A stretch of 64,000 nt of DNA from an uncultured Lachnospiraceae bacterium (GCA_964562175.1 CAZLRV010000005.1:34375-98374); one strand, 5' to 3'. Numbered from the stretch's first letter, positions 41,262 through 50,645 are shown. Translations and numbers: made by a program. Notes: a model not told the origin generated them from the letters alone.

Positions 41262-41290
41262 TTGAAAAATAAACAAAAATGTAGTATAAT
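41262..41290 (+). promoter_or_regulatory. near-consensus sigma-A promoter
   Basis: TTGAAA (41262-41267), a 17-nt spacer and TATAAT (41285-41290), 31 nt upstream of the ATG at 41322. Confidence 0.7.
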
Positions 41291-41321
41291 CAAGTGAGAA
41301 AATAAATTAAAGGGTAAAAAT

Positions 41322-42278
41322 ATGACTCAAAAAGAAACGAACCCGTATAAAAACAGCGACGACAACAAAAGATATTACACCTACGACCGATACCTTAAAA
41401 AACGCTTCGGTATGAAATGCGCAAAGCTCTCGCTCGACGGCGGCTTTACCTGTCCGAACAAGGACGGAAGCCGAGGGGTGGGCGGTTGCATATATTGCTC
41501 CTCAAGCGGCAGCGGCGAATTTGAAAGATCGGGCAGTATCGCACAGCAGCTTGCCGAGCAAAAGAAGGTATACGAAAGAAAATGGAGCGGAAAAAAGCTC
41601 GGATATATAGCATATTTTCAATCGAATACGAACACATATGCGCCGATCGACAGGCTTTCGAGCCTTTACACGCAAGCGCTTGACTGCGATGGCGTGATAG
41701 GGCTTGATGTGGCAACACGTGCCGATGCGCTGAACGACGATGTGTGCCGTCTGCTCGGTGAGCTGTCAAAAAGCACGTTCGTTACGGTGGAGCTGGGGCT
41801 GCAGACCTGCCACGACGAGGTGGCAAGGAGGATAAACCGTTGTCACACGACGAGGGAGTTTTTGCTCGGCTACGAAAGCTTGAGAAAATACGGTAATATC
41901 CGTATTTGCACGCATATCATAAACGGATTTATGTGGGAGAACGAGGAGATGATGATTGAAAACGCAAAATTCGTCTCCGATATAGGCTCGGACGGTATAA
42001 AGATACATTCCTTGCTCGTGCTGAAAGACAGCACCCTCGGTAAAATGTACCTTGCCTCGCCGTTTGAATTGCAGAGCAGGGAAGATTACATAAACACGGT
42101 CATAGCTCAGCTTGAGGTGATAAACGGCGACATGGTAGTCGAACGACTTGTTGCCGATACCGACGAGTCATTGCTTATCGCTCCGGAATGGGTAAAACGA
42201 AAGACGGATGTGCTGAACGGCATAGATAAGCTGATGTATTCAAAGAATACGTATCAAGGCAGGTTGTTTAAGAATTGA
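41322..42278 (+). CDS. TIGR01212-family radical SAM protein
   Basis: LSLDGGFTCPNKDG...GGCIYCS is the family's atypical Cys spacing; 318 aa is the typical length. Confidence 0.85.
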   Translation: MTQKETNPYKNSDDNKRYYTYDRYLKKRFGMKCAKLSLDGGFTCPNKDGSRGVGGCIYCSSSGSGEFERSGSIAQQLAEQKKVYERKWSGKKLGYIAYFQSNTNTYAPIDRLSSLYTQALDCDGVIGLDVATRADALNDDVCRLLGELSKSTFVTVELGLQTCHDEVARRINRCHTTREFLLGYESLRKYGNIRICTHIINGFMWENEEMMIENAKFVSDIGSDGIKIHSLLVLKDSTLGKMYLASPFELQSREDYINTVIAQLEVINGDMVVERLVADTDESLLIAPEWVKRKTDVLNGIDKLMYSKNTYQGRLFKN

Positions 42279-44679
42279 AATACGAAACGGCGTGCGACAC
42301 GATTATCCATATTATTTGATACAGAAGTACATAAAGCACACTCATGCCGGAAAAGCTGTTTGAAAGCAGTGAAAGACATATGATTATAACACCTATTACC
42401 GAGGAAAGCACCATGGAAAGAATGCCGGTGCGAAGTGCGTTTTTCGTCCTCTGACACATACCGAGCAGCTTCAACAGACAAGCCGGTGAGGACTTGGATA
42501 TTATATCACCCTCCGCATTTTTCACTGATTCGGACATTTGCGATGCGTCGGTGCATTTGAGGACACGTATGGGATATTTATTTATATCGATATGTTCGCT
42601 CAAAAGCCCCGTATCTATATTGGGGTCGAAGGTCTTTATCGCAATGCACACGCCGGAGGAGGAAAGCTCCTTGAGCGTTTCGAGAAAATCCGTATCAATG
42701 TTGTATTTAATGCTCATCTTGGCGACGATATTGCCGTTTGAAGCAACGTACATGATGCGTTTTCCGTTGCTTGTTTCGTTTGCTTCGTCCTCGGAGGTGT
42801 AGTGCGGAACAAGACCGTTTTCTTCCATGAACGATGCGGAGCCGAGTAGTATGCAATCGTCGTTCACCATCGCTTCGATACCGTCGTCAAGCACCGATAT
42901 TATCCGCACGTCGTCGGTAAGCGAAAGCTCCTTTGCGGTGTTTACGAACACGGTGCCGAGAGGGCCGCCGAGCTTTTTGAAAACGCTTGCCAAAACATAC
43001 ATGGTGTGGTCTACACGCCCCGTGTCGTATTGCTTGAAATCACTCGTTTTCACACCGTAGGACGGGAATACCTCCTTATCCTCGAAGGATATCACGGAGG
43101 CAGACGAAAATTCATCTACCGCATCCTTGCCGATTATGGCACTTTCGATATCCTGTCCGTGCAAGGCAAGCTTGTAAAAGGGCAGAGAATACGCCGAGAA
43201 AGCACCTAAGGGTAAGAATATACAGAACGACGTAAACGCATTGGAAACTGCGGAGGTAACGGAGCGTGCGGTAAGCAGCGTTATGACAAGCACCGCAACG
43301 AAGATGGCAAGCACCGTGGGAAGAATGATATTGAAAGCCCGTCTGTCGCGGCAGTTACTGCGACTCCTCGAAAAGAACGAGTCAACAAAAGAGGTCTTGT
43401 TTATCTTAAGCATTTTAGCACCGTCGGGCAGATATTGAAAAACATCGCTGTTGAGCCTATCCTCGGGACTTATATCACAGCTCTGCAAAATATATTTCGT
43501 TCTTGTGCTTGATGCAATTCGAAATGACATTATCTCACAGAGCAGATCACGCTTTTGCGCAAACAGAGTGGATAATACACAAAGCGCAGGAATGGAAAAG
43601 CACGTTGATGATACAGCGGCGCTTTTTGCGTAAACCGACATGAAAATGCCGTAGCCCGTAGTGAATATAACGCACAATGCCGTAAGCGATTCCGTCTTAC
43701 AGTTGCCGGAGAAAACGGCTTTTACACCGTCCGCAATATAGGTAAATGCAAGAGCGGAGCATAAAACGAACAGCTGAAGCAGTATAAGCACGTACACGGC
43801 GGGATTTTTGTCAAGTGACATGAAGTGAGGGAATGAAACACCGTAGTGAGCGAGTGCCTCAAGCAAAAGAATTACGGCGGCAAATATGGAGGCAAGCACT
43901 ATTCTTATGTTTAATGTGCGATATTGTCTTTTTTGATGCTCAACGAACAGCTTTTTTTGACTCGGTGCGGTATACTCAAGCCCCGGTGCGGTGCGTTGCC
44001 TGTTTTTGGCACGCTCGCGCTTTTTTCTTTCACGCTTTTTCTGCTCCGCAAGAAGCTCTTCCTCGGTCTGCTCGTCGCTGTAGAGCAGATCAAGGTCGTA
44101 ATGAGGCTTTTCTTTGATGGCTGTCGCATCGCCGAGTGCGTCCATTATCTCGTTTTCGTCCTCGGTATAGCCGTCCTCGTCCGTTGCCTCGGCTTCATCA
44201 TCGGGGGCGTAAGTCTGATTGAACGGTACTCTGTCCGCACCCGTCAATGCGGTATCGGCACTATGCTTTTTTTCATCCGTTTCTTCTTTTACCGCCTCGC
44301 TCTCCGATTCAACGGAATCGGCTTGGCGTGTTTGATCCGTTTCCTTGACCGGCGCAATAAAATCGCACGTTATTTCATCCTCCGATGCCTCGAGCTTGCT
44401 CTTTTTCTCATCGTCCTCGAATATTCTGTCAAGCGTATCGGAAAAGCCGAGAAGCTCCTCATCAAATTCAAACGGAGTTATTTCCTTGCCCTCTTGCTCA
44501 AGCGAATCGAATACGGAGGTGTCGAACGGAGCTGCGGTATCTTTTTTATTTTCATTTTCGTCCGCATTCGTTACCGTATCTTCTTCTTCCTCGTCAACAG
44601 CCTCTATTCCGAGAACTCTGTTAAGCTCCTTTACAAGCTCCGAGGGAGAAAGCTCGTGTCCGTCCTTGTCCTTAGCCAT
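42268..44679 (-). CDS. membrane protein with acidic disordered N-terminus and degenerate P-type-ATPase-like (P1B-like) core; probable pseudoenzyme
   Basis: 803 aa. Residues 1-213 are strongly acidic (D/E-rich), followed by the basic patch KKRERKKRERAKNRQR and then TM helices. By eye the cytoplasmic domain aligns with the P1B ATPase P/N domains. However, DKTGT is DKEVF (nt 43066-43080), TGD is TFD, and GDGxND and TGE are absent. Two C-terminal TM helices follow. The start overlaps the rlmB stop by 8 nt. Confidence 0.55.
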   Translation of the reverse strand: MAKDKDGHELSPSELVKELNRVLGIEAVDEEEEDTVTNADENENKKDTAAPFDTSVFDSLEQEGKEITPFEFDEELLGFSDTLDRIFEDDEKKSKLEASEDEITCDFIAPVKETDQTRQADSVESESEAVKEETDEKKHSADTALTGADRVPFNQTYAPDDEAEATDEDGYTEDENEIMDALGDATAIKEKPHYDLDLLYSDEQTEEELLAEQKKRERKKRERAKNRQRTAPGLEYTAPSQKKLFVEHQKRQYRTLNIRIVLASIFAAVILLLEALAHYGVSFPHFMSLDKNPAVYVLILLQLFVLCSALAFTYIADGVKAVFSGNCKTESLTALCVIFTTGYGIFMSVYAKSAAVSSTCFSIPALCVLSTLFAQKRDLLCEIMSFRIASSTRTKYILQSCDISPEDRLNSDVFQYLPDGAKMLKINKTSFVDSFFSRSRSNCRDRRAFNIILPTVLAIFVAVLVITLLTARSVTSAVSNAFTSFCIFLPLGAFSAYSLPFYKLALHGQDIESAIIGKDAVDEFSSASVISFEDKEVFPSYGVKTSDFKQYDTGRVDHTMYVLASVFKKLGGPLGTVFVNTAKELSLTDDVRIISVLDDGIEAMVNDDCILLGSASFMEENGLVPHYTSEDEANETSNGKRIMYVASNGNIVAKMSIKYNIDTDFLETLKELSSSGVCIAIKTFDPNIDTGLLSEHIDINKYPIRVLKCTDASQMSESVKNAEGDIISKSSPACLLKLLGMCQRTKNALRTGILSMVLSSVIGVIIICLSLLSNSFSGMSVLYVLLYQIIWIIVSHAVSYFNS

Positions 44680-45448
44680 TTTTTGCCCTCCTTTGATGTG
44701 TGGCGACGTTAAGCACTACAGCCGCCGCCGCAGAAACATTCAACGAATTTATCTTGCCGTACATGGGTATTGAAACCAAATAATCGCATTTTGATTTGAT
44801 AAGCTGAGGTATTCCGCCGTCCTCACCGCCGAGAACTATTACCGCACCGCAATCGAAATCGGTATAGAAAACATCATCTCCGCCCGCTTCCGCACCGAAT
44901 ATCCAAAGACCGGCATCCTTTAAGGCGTCAATTGTCGATGCTATATTCGCAACTTTCGCAATGGGAAGATACGAGCAAGCACCTGCGGCGGTCTTAAGCG
45001 TTACGGGCGTTACCTGACTGCATCTGCGTTTTGAGATTATCAGACCGTGTACGCCGGCACATTCACAGCTTCGGATAATTGCTCCGAGATTTCTCGGGTC
45101 CTCCACTCCGTCGGCAACTACAATAAAAGGCTTCTCACCCTTCTGCTCGGCACGTGCCAAAATATCGTCAACACTCACATACTCAACGCATGAGCATACA
45201 GCCGCAACTCCCTGATGCACGCCGTTTGCGCACAGCTCGTCCAGCTTCTTTTTGGAGACCTCGATGAGCGGTATCTTCTTTTTGAGTGCAACGGCTACGA
45301 TAGTCGTTATGGAGCCTTCACGCTGACCCGATTGCACAAACAGCTTGTCTATCTGCCCATCGCTTTTCAAAAGCTCCGATACGGAATTACGACCGTATAC
45401 TATGTTTTCCGCAGGTTGCTTCCCGCCGTTTCTTTCTTGATTTTTCAT
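44672..45448 (-). CDS. rlmB: 23S rRNA (guanosine-2'-O)-methyltransferase, SpoU/TrmH family
   Basis: N-terminal SpoU_sub_bind-like region (YGRNSVSELL) and C-terminal SPOUT motifs (DPRNLGAIIRS, GGEDGGI, IPMYGKINSLNVS). Confidence 0.9.
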   Translation of the reverse strand: MKNQERNGGKQPAENIVYGRNSVSELLKSDGQIDKLFVQSGQREGSITTIVAVALKKKIPLIEVSKKKLDELCANGVHQGVAAVCSCVEYVSVDDILARAEQKGEKPFIVVADGVEDPRNLGAIIRSCECAGVHGLIISKRRCSQVTPVTLKTAAGACSYLPIAKVANIASTIDALKDAGLWIFGAEAGGDDVFYTDFDCGAVIVLGGEDGGIPQLIKSKCDYLVSIPMYGKINSLNVSAAAAVVLNVATHQRRAKNG

Positions 45449-45633
45449 ATTCTATTTTATTGCTCGGATATAATATCCTGACCTTTCTTTTTATATACAC
45501 CTTACAGTATACCACAAAAAAAATTATTTGTATATATATTTTACAAATATTTTATAAAAAATTTTAGAGTCGCACCCGATTTTGCCCGCATATAATGCTA
45601 CAACACGGATAAAAACGGTAAGAGGTGTATTTT

Positions 45634-46209
45634 ATGGAGATAATACTGCTGTCCGAAAACAAGCTTAAAATAACGCTTTCAAGCACCGATGTTACTGTAC
45701 TCGGCTTTGGTGATGAGCTGAAGGACAGCGAAAAAATAAAGAAATCGAAAGCGTTCATCGAGTTGCTTGAAAGTGCGAGGATAAAAACGGGCTTCTGCGT
45801 AAACGGCAGTAAGCTTTTTGTCAGCATATACCGTTGCTCGGATTCGGGGGTTGAGATGTATATTACAAAATGCACCAAAGACAAGATAATAATAAAAAAC
45901 TCGGAAAAAAGCGAATATGTTTGGTATCGCTTCGATACAACGGAGGTACTGCTGTTGTGTTGCCTGTATCTGTTCAGTTCCGACTACACCAAAGCATCAA
46001 GTGCGTTTTGGAACAAGGACGGGGGAGAATACGCTTATTATCTTAAGCTGTGTCAAATAAGCTCACCGTACCGACGTTGTGTGCTGTCGGAATTCGCCGA
46101 AAATATATCAAACGAAAACGATATTGCATATATTTTGGAGCATTCAAGCGTAATTTGTGAAAAAAATGCCGTCGAAGTACTTGCAAAAACGGCAATGAGT
46201 ATGATATAA
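45634..46209 (+). CDS. MecA-like adaptor protein (tentative)
   Basis: ATG at 45634, 9 nt after the RBS aagagg. The N-terminus [20 protein letters not shown] resembles the MecA N-terminus (MEIERINE..VKF..). The rest is not diagnostic. Confidence 0.45.
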   Translation: MEIILLSENKLKITLSSTDVTVLGFGDELKDSEKIKKSKAFIELLESARIKTGFCVNGSKLFVSIYRCSDSGVEMYITKCTKDKIIIKNSEKSEYVWYRFDTTEVLLLCCLYLFSSDYTKASSAFWNKDGGEYAYYLKLCQISSPYRRCVLSEFAENISNENDIAYILEHSSVICEKNAVEVLAKTAMSMI

Positions 46210-46256
46210 TAGAGGAGGCATATATACTTGCATAAAAGAAAGGATAAAACCAACAT

Positions 46257-46817
46257 ATGACGTTAAATGAAATACGTAACGCTTGTGAGGGGTGTAAAAA
46301 ATGCTCGCTGTGTTCCGGCAGAACAAATACGGTCTTTGGTTGCGGTAACGAAAAAGCCGATATAATGTTTGTCGGCGAAGCTCCGGGCGAAAACGAGGAT
46401 CTGAGCGGCACACCGTTCGTCGGACGTGCCGGCAAGCTTCTGGACAAATTTTTCGCCGCCTGCGATATCAACAGAGAGAAAATATACATAACGAATATTT
46501 TGAAATGTCGTCCCCCGAAAAACAGAGACCCGCAAAAGGACGAGGAGGATGCGTGCATTGACTACCTGCGGGCTCAGGTAAGATGCATAGAGCCTGCGAT
46601 GATCGTATGCTTGGGCAGGATAGCCGCAATGAGACTTATACAGCCCGATTTTAGGATAACGGCTCAGCACGGTGAATTTTACGAAAGAAAGGGCATAATA
46701 TTGACCGCCGTTTATCATCCCTCGGCACTTTTGCGTGATGTAAAGAAGAAGGACGATATGATGCTCGATCTGCAGAAGATAAAAAAATACGCGGATGAAA
46801 GAGGGCTTACGATATGA
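46257..46817 (+). CDS. family 4 uracil-DNA glycosylase
   Basis: The 4Fe-4S cysteines [30 protein letters not shown] and HPSALLR. Confidence 0.9.
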   Translation: MTLNEIRNACEGCKKCSLCSGRTNTVFGCGNEKADIMFVGEAPGENEDLSGTPFVGRAGKLLDKFFAACDINREKIYITNILKCRPPKNRDPQKDEEDACIDYLRAQVRCIEPAMIVCLGRIAAMRLIQPDFRITAQHGEFYERKGIILTAVYHPSALLRDVKKKDDMMLDLQKIKKYADERGLTI

Positions 46818-47764
46818 CGCTCGATGTTTCGGGAATTTCGACAACTGTAATAGAGCTGTTCATCGTCCTGCTTGTCGGCTACGGTGCATATAAGCTCAAA
46901 TTCGCAGACGATGATTTTTTGAAGAAAATATCGAATTTCATTATATGCATCGCCAATCCCTTTATGATACTCGGCGGACTTTTGGGTGTTGAAAAATCAC
47001 CCGAAAATCTTAAGAACGGCTTTTTCATTCTCGCACTCGCTCTTTTGCTGTTCTTGCTCAGCGGCGTTATAGGCTACATATCGAGCATATGGTTTAAGAC
47101 TCCGGAAAAAAGAAAGATAGGCGAGTTCTCGACAGTCTTTTCAAATTGCGGATTTATGGGCTTTCCCGTAATGTATGCCGCCATGGGAGCGGAGGGCAGA
47201 TTTTACTGTGCATTCTTTTTGATAGCGTTCAATCTTGTGCTGTGGACCTACGGAATTTCGATAATGGCGAGAAACAGACCCGATATAAAGCCGAAAAAGC
47301 TCAATGTAATATTTAATTTCGGAACCGTGCCATGCTTTATCGGTATAATACTTTATATAATACCATATGAGCTTCCGACTGCCGTGACCGCTGCGTTTGA
47401 TATGCTCGGCGGCGTATGTACACCGTTTGCGATGCTCATTATAGGCGGACTGCTTGCCTCCGTACCCGTAAAACGGCTCTTCAACGACCCGTATGTCTAT
47501 TATCTGAGCATAATCAAGCTTATATTATTGCCGCTTTTGACGGCACTCTTGTGTACGCTTGTCGGACTTGAGGAAAAATTTATATACTTTTTTACCCTTA
47601 TGGTTGCAATGCCCTCGGCATCGAATACGGCGATGTATGCCGAAAAATACGATATAGAACCCGTTTTCGGGGCAAAAGTAGCCGGAATATCGACGGCACT
47701 CTCCGTCCTGACCATTCCAACAGTGGTAAAATTAACCGAAATGCTTATAAATTTAAAAAAATAG
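46814..47764 (+). CDS. AEC (auxin efflux carrier) family permease
   Basis: 316 aa with about 10 TM segments in a two-half architecture typical of PF03547-like permeases. Confidence 0.75.
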   Translation: MTLDVSGISTTVIELFIVLLVGYGAYKLKFADDDFLKKISNFIICIANPFMILGGLLGVEKSPENLKNGFFILALALLLFLLSGVIGYISSIWFKTPEKRKIGEFSTVFSNCGFMGFPVMYAAMGAEGRFYCAFFLIAFNLVLWTYGISIMARNRPDIKPKKLNVIFNFGTVPCFIGIILYIIPYELPTAVTAAFDMLGGVCTPFAMLIIGGLLASVPVKRLFNDPYVYYLSIIKLILLPLLTALLCTLVGLEEKFIYFFTLMVAMPSASNTAMYAEKYDIEPVFGAKVAGISTALSVLTIPTVVKLTEMLINLKK

Positions 47765-47826
47765 TTGACATTTTCGGTAATTTGTGATAGAATGGTGATA
47801 CCTAAATATATGAAAGGAAAATCAAG

Positions 47827-49335
47827 ATGAAAAGAACCAAAGCATTCATGGCGTTGCTTTTGGCAATGCTTACGGTAGCTTCATCCTGCTTCGTTTCCTG
47901 TGGCGAAAAGCCAAAGGAAGCAGATACGGGAGCTGCCGCACCTGTTGATACGACGGAAGAAAACGAAACGTATTTCATCCCCGCAAACAAGTATGATACG
48001 GAGTTTGTTATCCTCGTGCCCAACAATGACAGCGAGTGGTCGTGCAATGACTTTTATCAGGAAAGCGAGAGCGAGGACCCCGTACCAAATGCGGTACTGC
48101 AGAGAAACAAGGTCATTGAGTCGACTTTCGGCGTTACCGTCAAAACGATTGAGGGCGTATCGAGTGCAAGCATAAACGATATGGTAATAAAATCGCATAA
48201 TGCGGGCGATATCGAATATGATCTTGTAATGCAGAACATGAACAGATGCTACACGCTGGCACAGGGAAATTATCTTATGAATTTGGACAATGTTGAAAAT
48301 CTCAACCTTGAGTCCGAGTCATGGGACCAGTCATATCTAAATCAGACTTCAATAGGTGAGCAGAACTATTTTGCAACGGGTGAGATAACGACAATAGACA
48401 ACGATGCGACATGGGTAATGATGTTCAATAAAAAGCTTGCCGATAAGCGTGACGTAACCGCAACGCTCGGCGGTAAGACCATTTACGAGACCGTAAAAGA
48501 CGGCAAGTGGACTATGGATACTCTGCTTACGCTCGCAAAGGATGTATACGAGGATAAGACGGGTGACGATGTGACCTCGGATGATACATACGGTATCGCA
48601 ACGACGATAGATTTCATTGAAGGTCTGTTCTACGGAACGGGTGCGAAGATAGTCAAGAAGAACGATGCGGACGAGCCGGAGCTTAAGTTCTATACCAAGC
48701 ACAACATGGAGGTGCTTGACAAGGTAATAGAAATATACTACAAGGCAAACAAGGTATCGTTTGACTGTCACGATTATATAAACGAAAATCCCCAAGCACA
48801 CCTCATTGCCCAGGAAATGTTTGAGTCGGACAGAGCACTGTTCTACTCCGAGGTAATGCAATGCGCTATACGTCTGCGTGATATGAATACCGACTTCGGT
48901 ATCATACCCGTACCTAAGTTCAACGAGAGCCAGAAGAATTATACGACCTTCTCCGTTGCAAGCGTTACACTTATGTGTTGCTTCCCCAAGGTGCTTGAAA
49001 AGGATCAGAGCCGTGTCGCAATGTCCGGTGCGATAGCACAGGCGCTTGCGGTAGAGGGCAGAAAGATACTTACCCCCGCATATTACGAGAAATCGCTTAT
49101 AGGTAAGGGAACACGTGACGAGGAGTCACAGGAGATGCTCGAAATAATCTTTAAGAACCGTACCGCGGATCTCGGATATATTACCGCAAACGATGATATA
49201 AGCTCCATATTCTCTGCTATGCGTAACATGGTAAAGAACGGTAAGAACGATATAGCATCACTTAACAAGAGATACGAAAAGAGAGTTACATCGGCGCTCA
49301 ATGAAATGACAGAGAGCTTCGAGGACGTTGACTGA
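47827..49335 (+). CDS. extracellular solute-binding lipoprotein (ABC-type, family 1-like), orphan
   Basis: Lipobox LTVASSCFVSCGEK. At 502 aa, its size and composition fit sugar/oligosaccharide-binding lipoproteins. No permease or ATPase genes are adjacent. Confidence 0.65.
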   Translation: MKRTKAFMALLLAMLTVASSCFVSCGEKPKEADTGAAAPVDTTEENETYFIPANKYDTEFVILVPNNDSEWSCNDFYQESESEDPVPNAVLQRNKVIESTFGVTVKTIEGVSSASINDMVIKSHNAGDIEYDLVMQNMNRCYTLAQGNYLMNLDNVENLNLESESWDQSYLNQTSIGEQNYFATGEITTIDNDATWVMMFNKKLADKRDVTATLGGKTIYETVKDGKWTMDTLLTLAKDVYEDKTGDDVTSDDTYGIATTIDFIEGLFYGTGAKIVKKNDADEPELKFYTKHNMEVLDKVIEIYYKANKVSFDCHDYINENPQAHLIAQEMFESDRALFYSEVMQCAIRLRDMNTDFGIIPVPKFNESQKNYTTFSVASVTLMCCFPKVLEKDQSRVAMSGAIAQALAVEGRKILTPAYYEKSLIGKGTRDEESQEMLEIIFKNRTADLGYITANDDISSIFSAMRNMVKNGKNDIASLNKRYEKRVTSALNEMTESFEDVD

Positions 49336-49350
49336 TCGATAAAGATTAAA

Positions 49351-49377
49351 AGTACCCGAGTAATCGGGTACTTTTTA
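49351..49377 (+). terminator. rho-independent terminator
   Basis: agtacccga-gtaa-tcgggtact followed by ttttt. Confidence 0.9.
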
Positions 49378-49402
49378 TTTACGAAATTTTTCAAAATAAG
49401 CC

Positions 49403-49430
49403 TTGAAATTTAAGAAATAATAAGTATAAT
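49403..49430 (+). promoter_or_regulatory. near-consensus sigma-A promoter of the mgtE leader
   Basis: TTGAAA (49403-49408), a 16-nt spacer and TATAAT (49425-49430). Confidence 0.7.
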
Positions 49431-49436
49431 AATCGG

Positions 49437-49590
49437 TGGATAAATAATTCGGAGGTGAAAAAAGTGAACGGTTGTGACAGTTGCGGGCGAGTGATAAAAC
49501 ACGGTGCTTTTCGAATAATATTACAGCCGTTTTGCGAATAAACGGTTTTGTTCGTATTCTCAAGCACCGGCAGGTGCTTTTTTTCACGCC
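49437..49590 (+). promoter_or_regulatory. transcription-attenuation leader with alternative hairpins upstream of mgtE (not recognisable as an M-box)
   Basis: The terminator is aagcacc(49562-68)-ggca-ggtgctt(49573-79) followed by ttttttt. A second copy of ggtgctt at 49503-09 can pair with the same aagcacc as an antiterminator. CCGTTT (49527-32) can pair with AAACGG (49540-45), giving a hairpin followed by tttt, or with AACGG at 49467-71. Confidence 0.6.
49464..49541 (+). CDS. candidate 25-aa leader peptide MNGCDSCGRVIKHGAFRIILQPFCE
   Basis: GGAGG (49451-55) lies 8 nt before the GTG at 49464. The ORF spans the antiterminator arm (codons GGT GCT TTT). Its TAA (49539-41) sits inside the first hairpin. 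The ORF is below the track's size cutoff. Confidence 0.35.
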   Translation: MNGCDSCGRVIKHGAFRIILQPFCE

Positions 49591-49637
49591 CTTTTTGACA
49601 CAACAAAATATCGCTTAAAAAATGAAAGGAGCAGAAT

Positions 49638-50645
49638 ATGAACAAGAAAAACGTATACGAGATCGACGAAATAGGCGCATATATGAGCGGGGAATATATA
49701 TCCGTATCATATGGCGCAAGCGTTGGCGAGGCAATGAGCGAGCTTATACGCAGAGCGGGTGAGACGGACAATATTTCAATGCTTTATGTGCTTGACGAGC
49801 AAAAACACCTCGTCGGCACAATAGAGCTGAAAAGTCTCATCATGGCACGGCAAAATGACGAGCTTGAGGGCATCATTGACAAACAATCACCTTGCTTTTT
49901 GTATAGTGATGAGCTTGAAGAATGCATTGAAAGCTTCGGGGAGTACGATCGCGATTCGGTGGGAGTTGTCGATGAGGATAGGCACCTTCTCGGCATAATA
50001 ACCTCTGATGCGATAATAGAGCTTATCGAGAGTGAGATGGATGAGGACTATGCAAGGCTTGCGGGACTGACGGCAAAGGAGGAGGCAGAGGAAAGCACGT
50101 CGCAGAGCGTGAAAAAGCGGTTGCCGTGGCTGTTGATATTGCTTATTTTGGGAATGCTCGTGTCCTCTGTAGTCGGTGTATTTGAGGGCGTTGTCGCCGC
50201 CTTGCCGATGGTAATATGCTTTCAATCGCTCGTGCTTGATATGGCGGGTAATGTCGGCACACAATCGCTTGCCGTTACGATAAGAGAAATCACCGAGGAG
50301 AATAAGAGTAGCGGTAAAAAAGCACGTCTTGTACTTAAAGAAATTAAAATAGGCGCATTTAACGGCATATTTCTGGGTGCGGTCGAGTTTGTATTCCTCG
50401 GTGTTTATATCAATATATTTAAGGGTTGCGATATTGTCACCTCATTCGGCATATCCGGCTGTGTCGGTGTATCTCTCATAGTTGCGATGATAATATCGGG
50501 ACTTGTCGGCTGTATAGTGCCGATACTGTTCGATAAAATAAACATAGACCCGGCTGCCGCATCCGGACCGTTGATAACTACGGTGAACGACCTTGTTGCG
50601 GTAATCGCATATTACGGTATGACATATCTGCTTTTGATAAAATAA
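49638..50645 (+). CDS. mgtE: MgtE-type magnesium transporter lacking the N-terminal MgtE_N domain
   Basis: 335 aa with a CBS pair (LHLVGTIELKSL..., HLLGIITSDAIIELI) followed directly by the MgtE TM domain (FQSLVLDMAGNVGTQSLAVTIR, AASGPLITTVNDL). Confidence 0.85.
   Translation: MNKKNVYEIDEIGAYMSGEYISVSYGASVGEAMSELIRRAGETDNISMLYVLDEQKHLVGTIELKSLIMARQNDELEGIIDKQSPCFLYSDELEECIESFGEYDRDSVGVVDEDRHLLGIITSDAIIELIESEMDEDYARLAGLTAKEEAEESTSQSVKKRLPWLLILLILGMLVSSVVGVFEGVVAALPMVICFQSLVLDMAGNVGTQSLAVTIREITEENKSSGKKARLVLKEIKIGAFNGIFLGAVEFVFLGVYINIFKGCDIVTSFGISGCVGVSLIVAMIISGLVGCIVPILFDKINIDPAAASGPLITTVNDLVAVIAYYGMTYLLLIK

Noticed and set aside
43924-44712. 262-aa ORF (and 44345-44773, 142 aa) on the plus strand
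   Set aside because: Both are antisense to the acidic N-terminal region of the 803-aa gene. The GAA/GAT-rich coding strand leaves the reverse strand free of stops, so these are low-complexity F/L/R-rich artefacts.
49437-49590. M-box (ykoK) Mg2+ riboswitch upstream of mgtE
   Set aside because: An M-box is expected here by gene context, but I could not find its conserved core segments by eye. I kept the region as an unclassified attenuator instead. An Infernal scan is needed to be sure.
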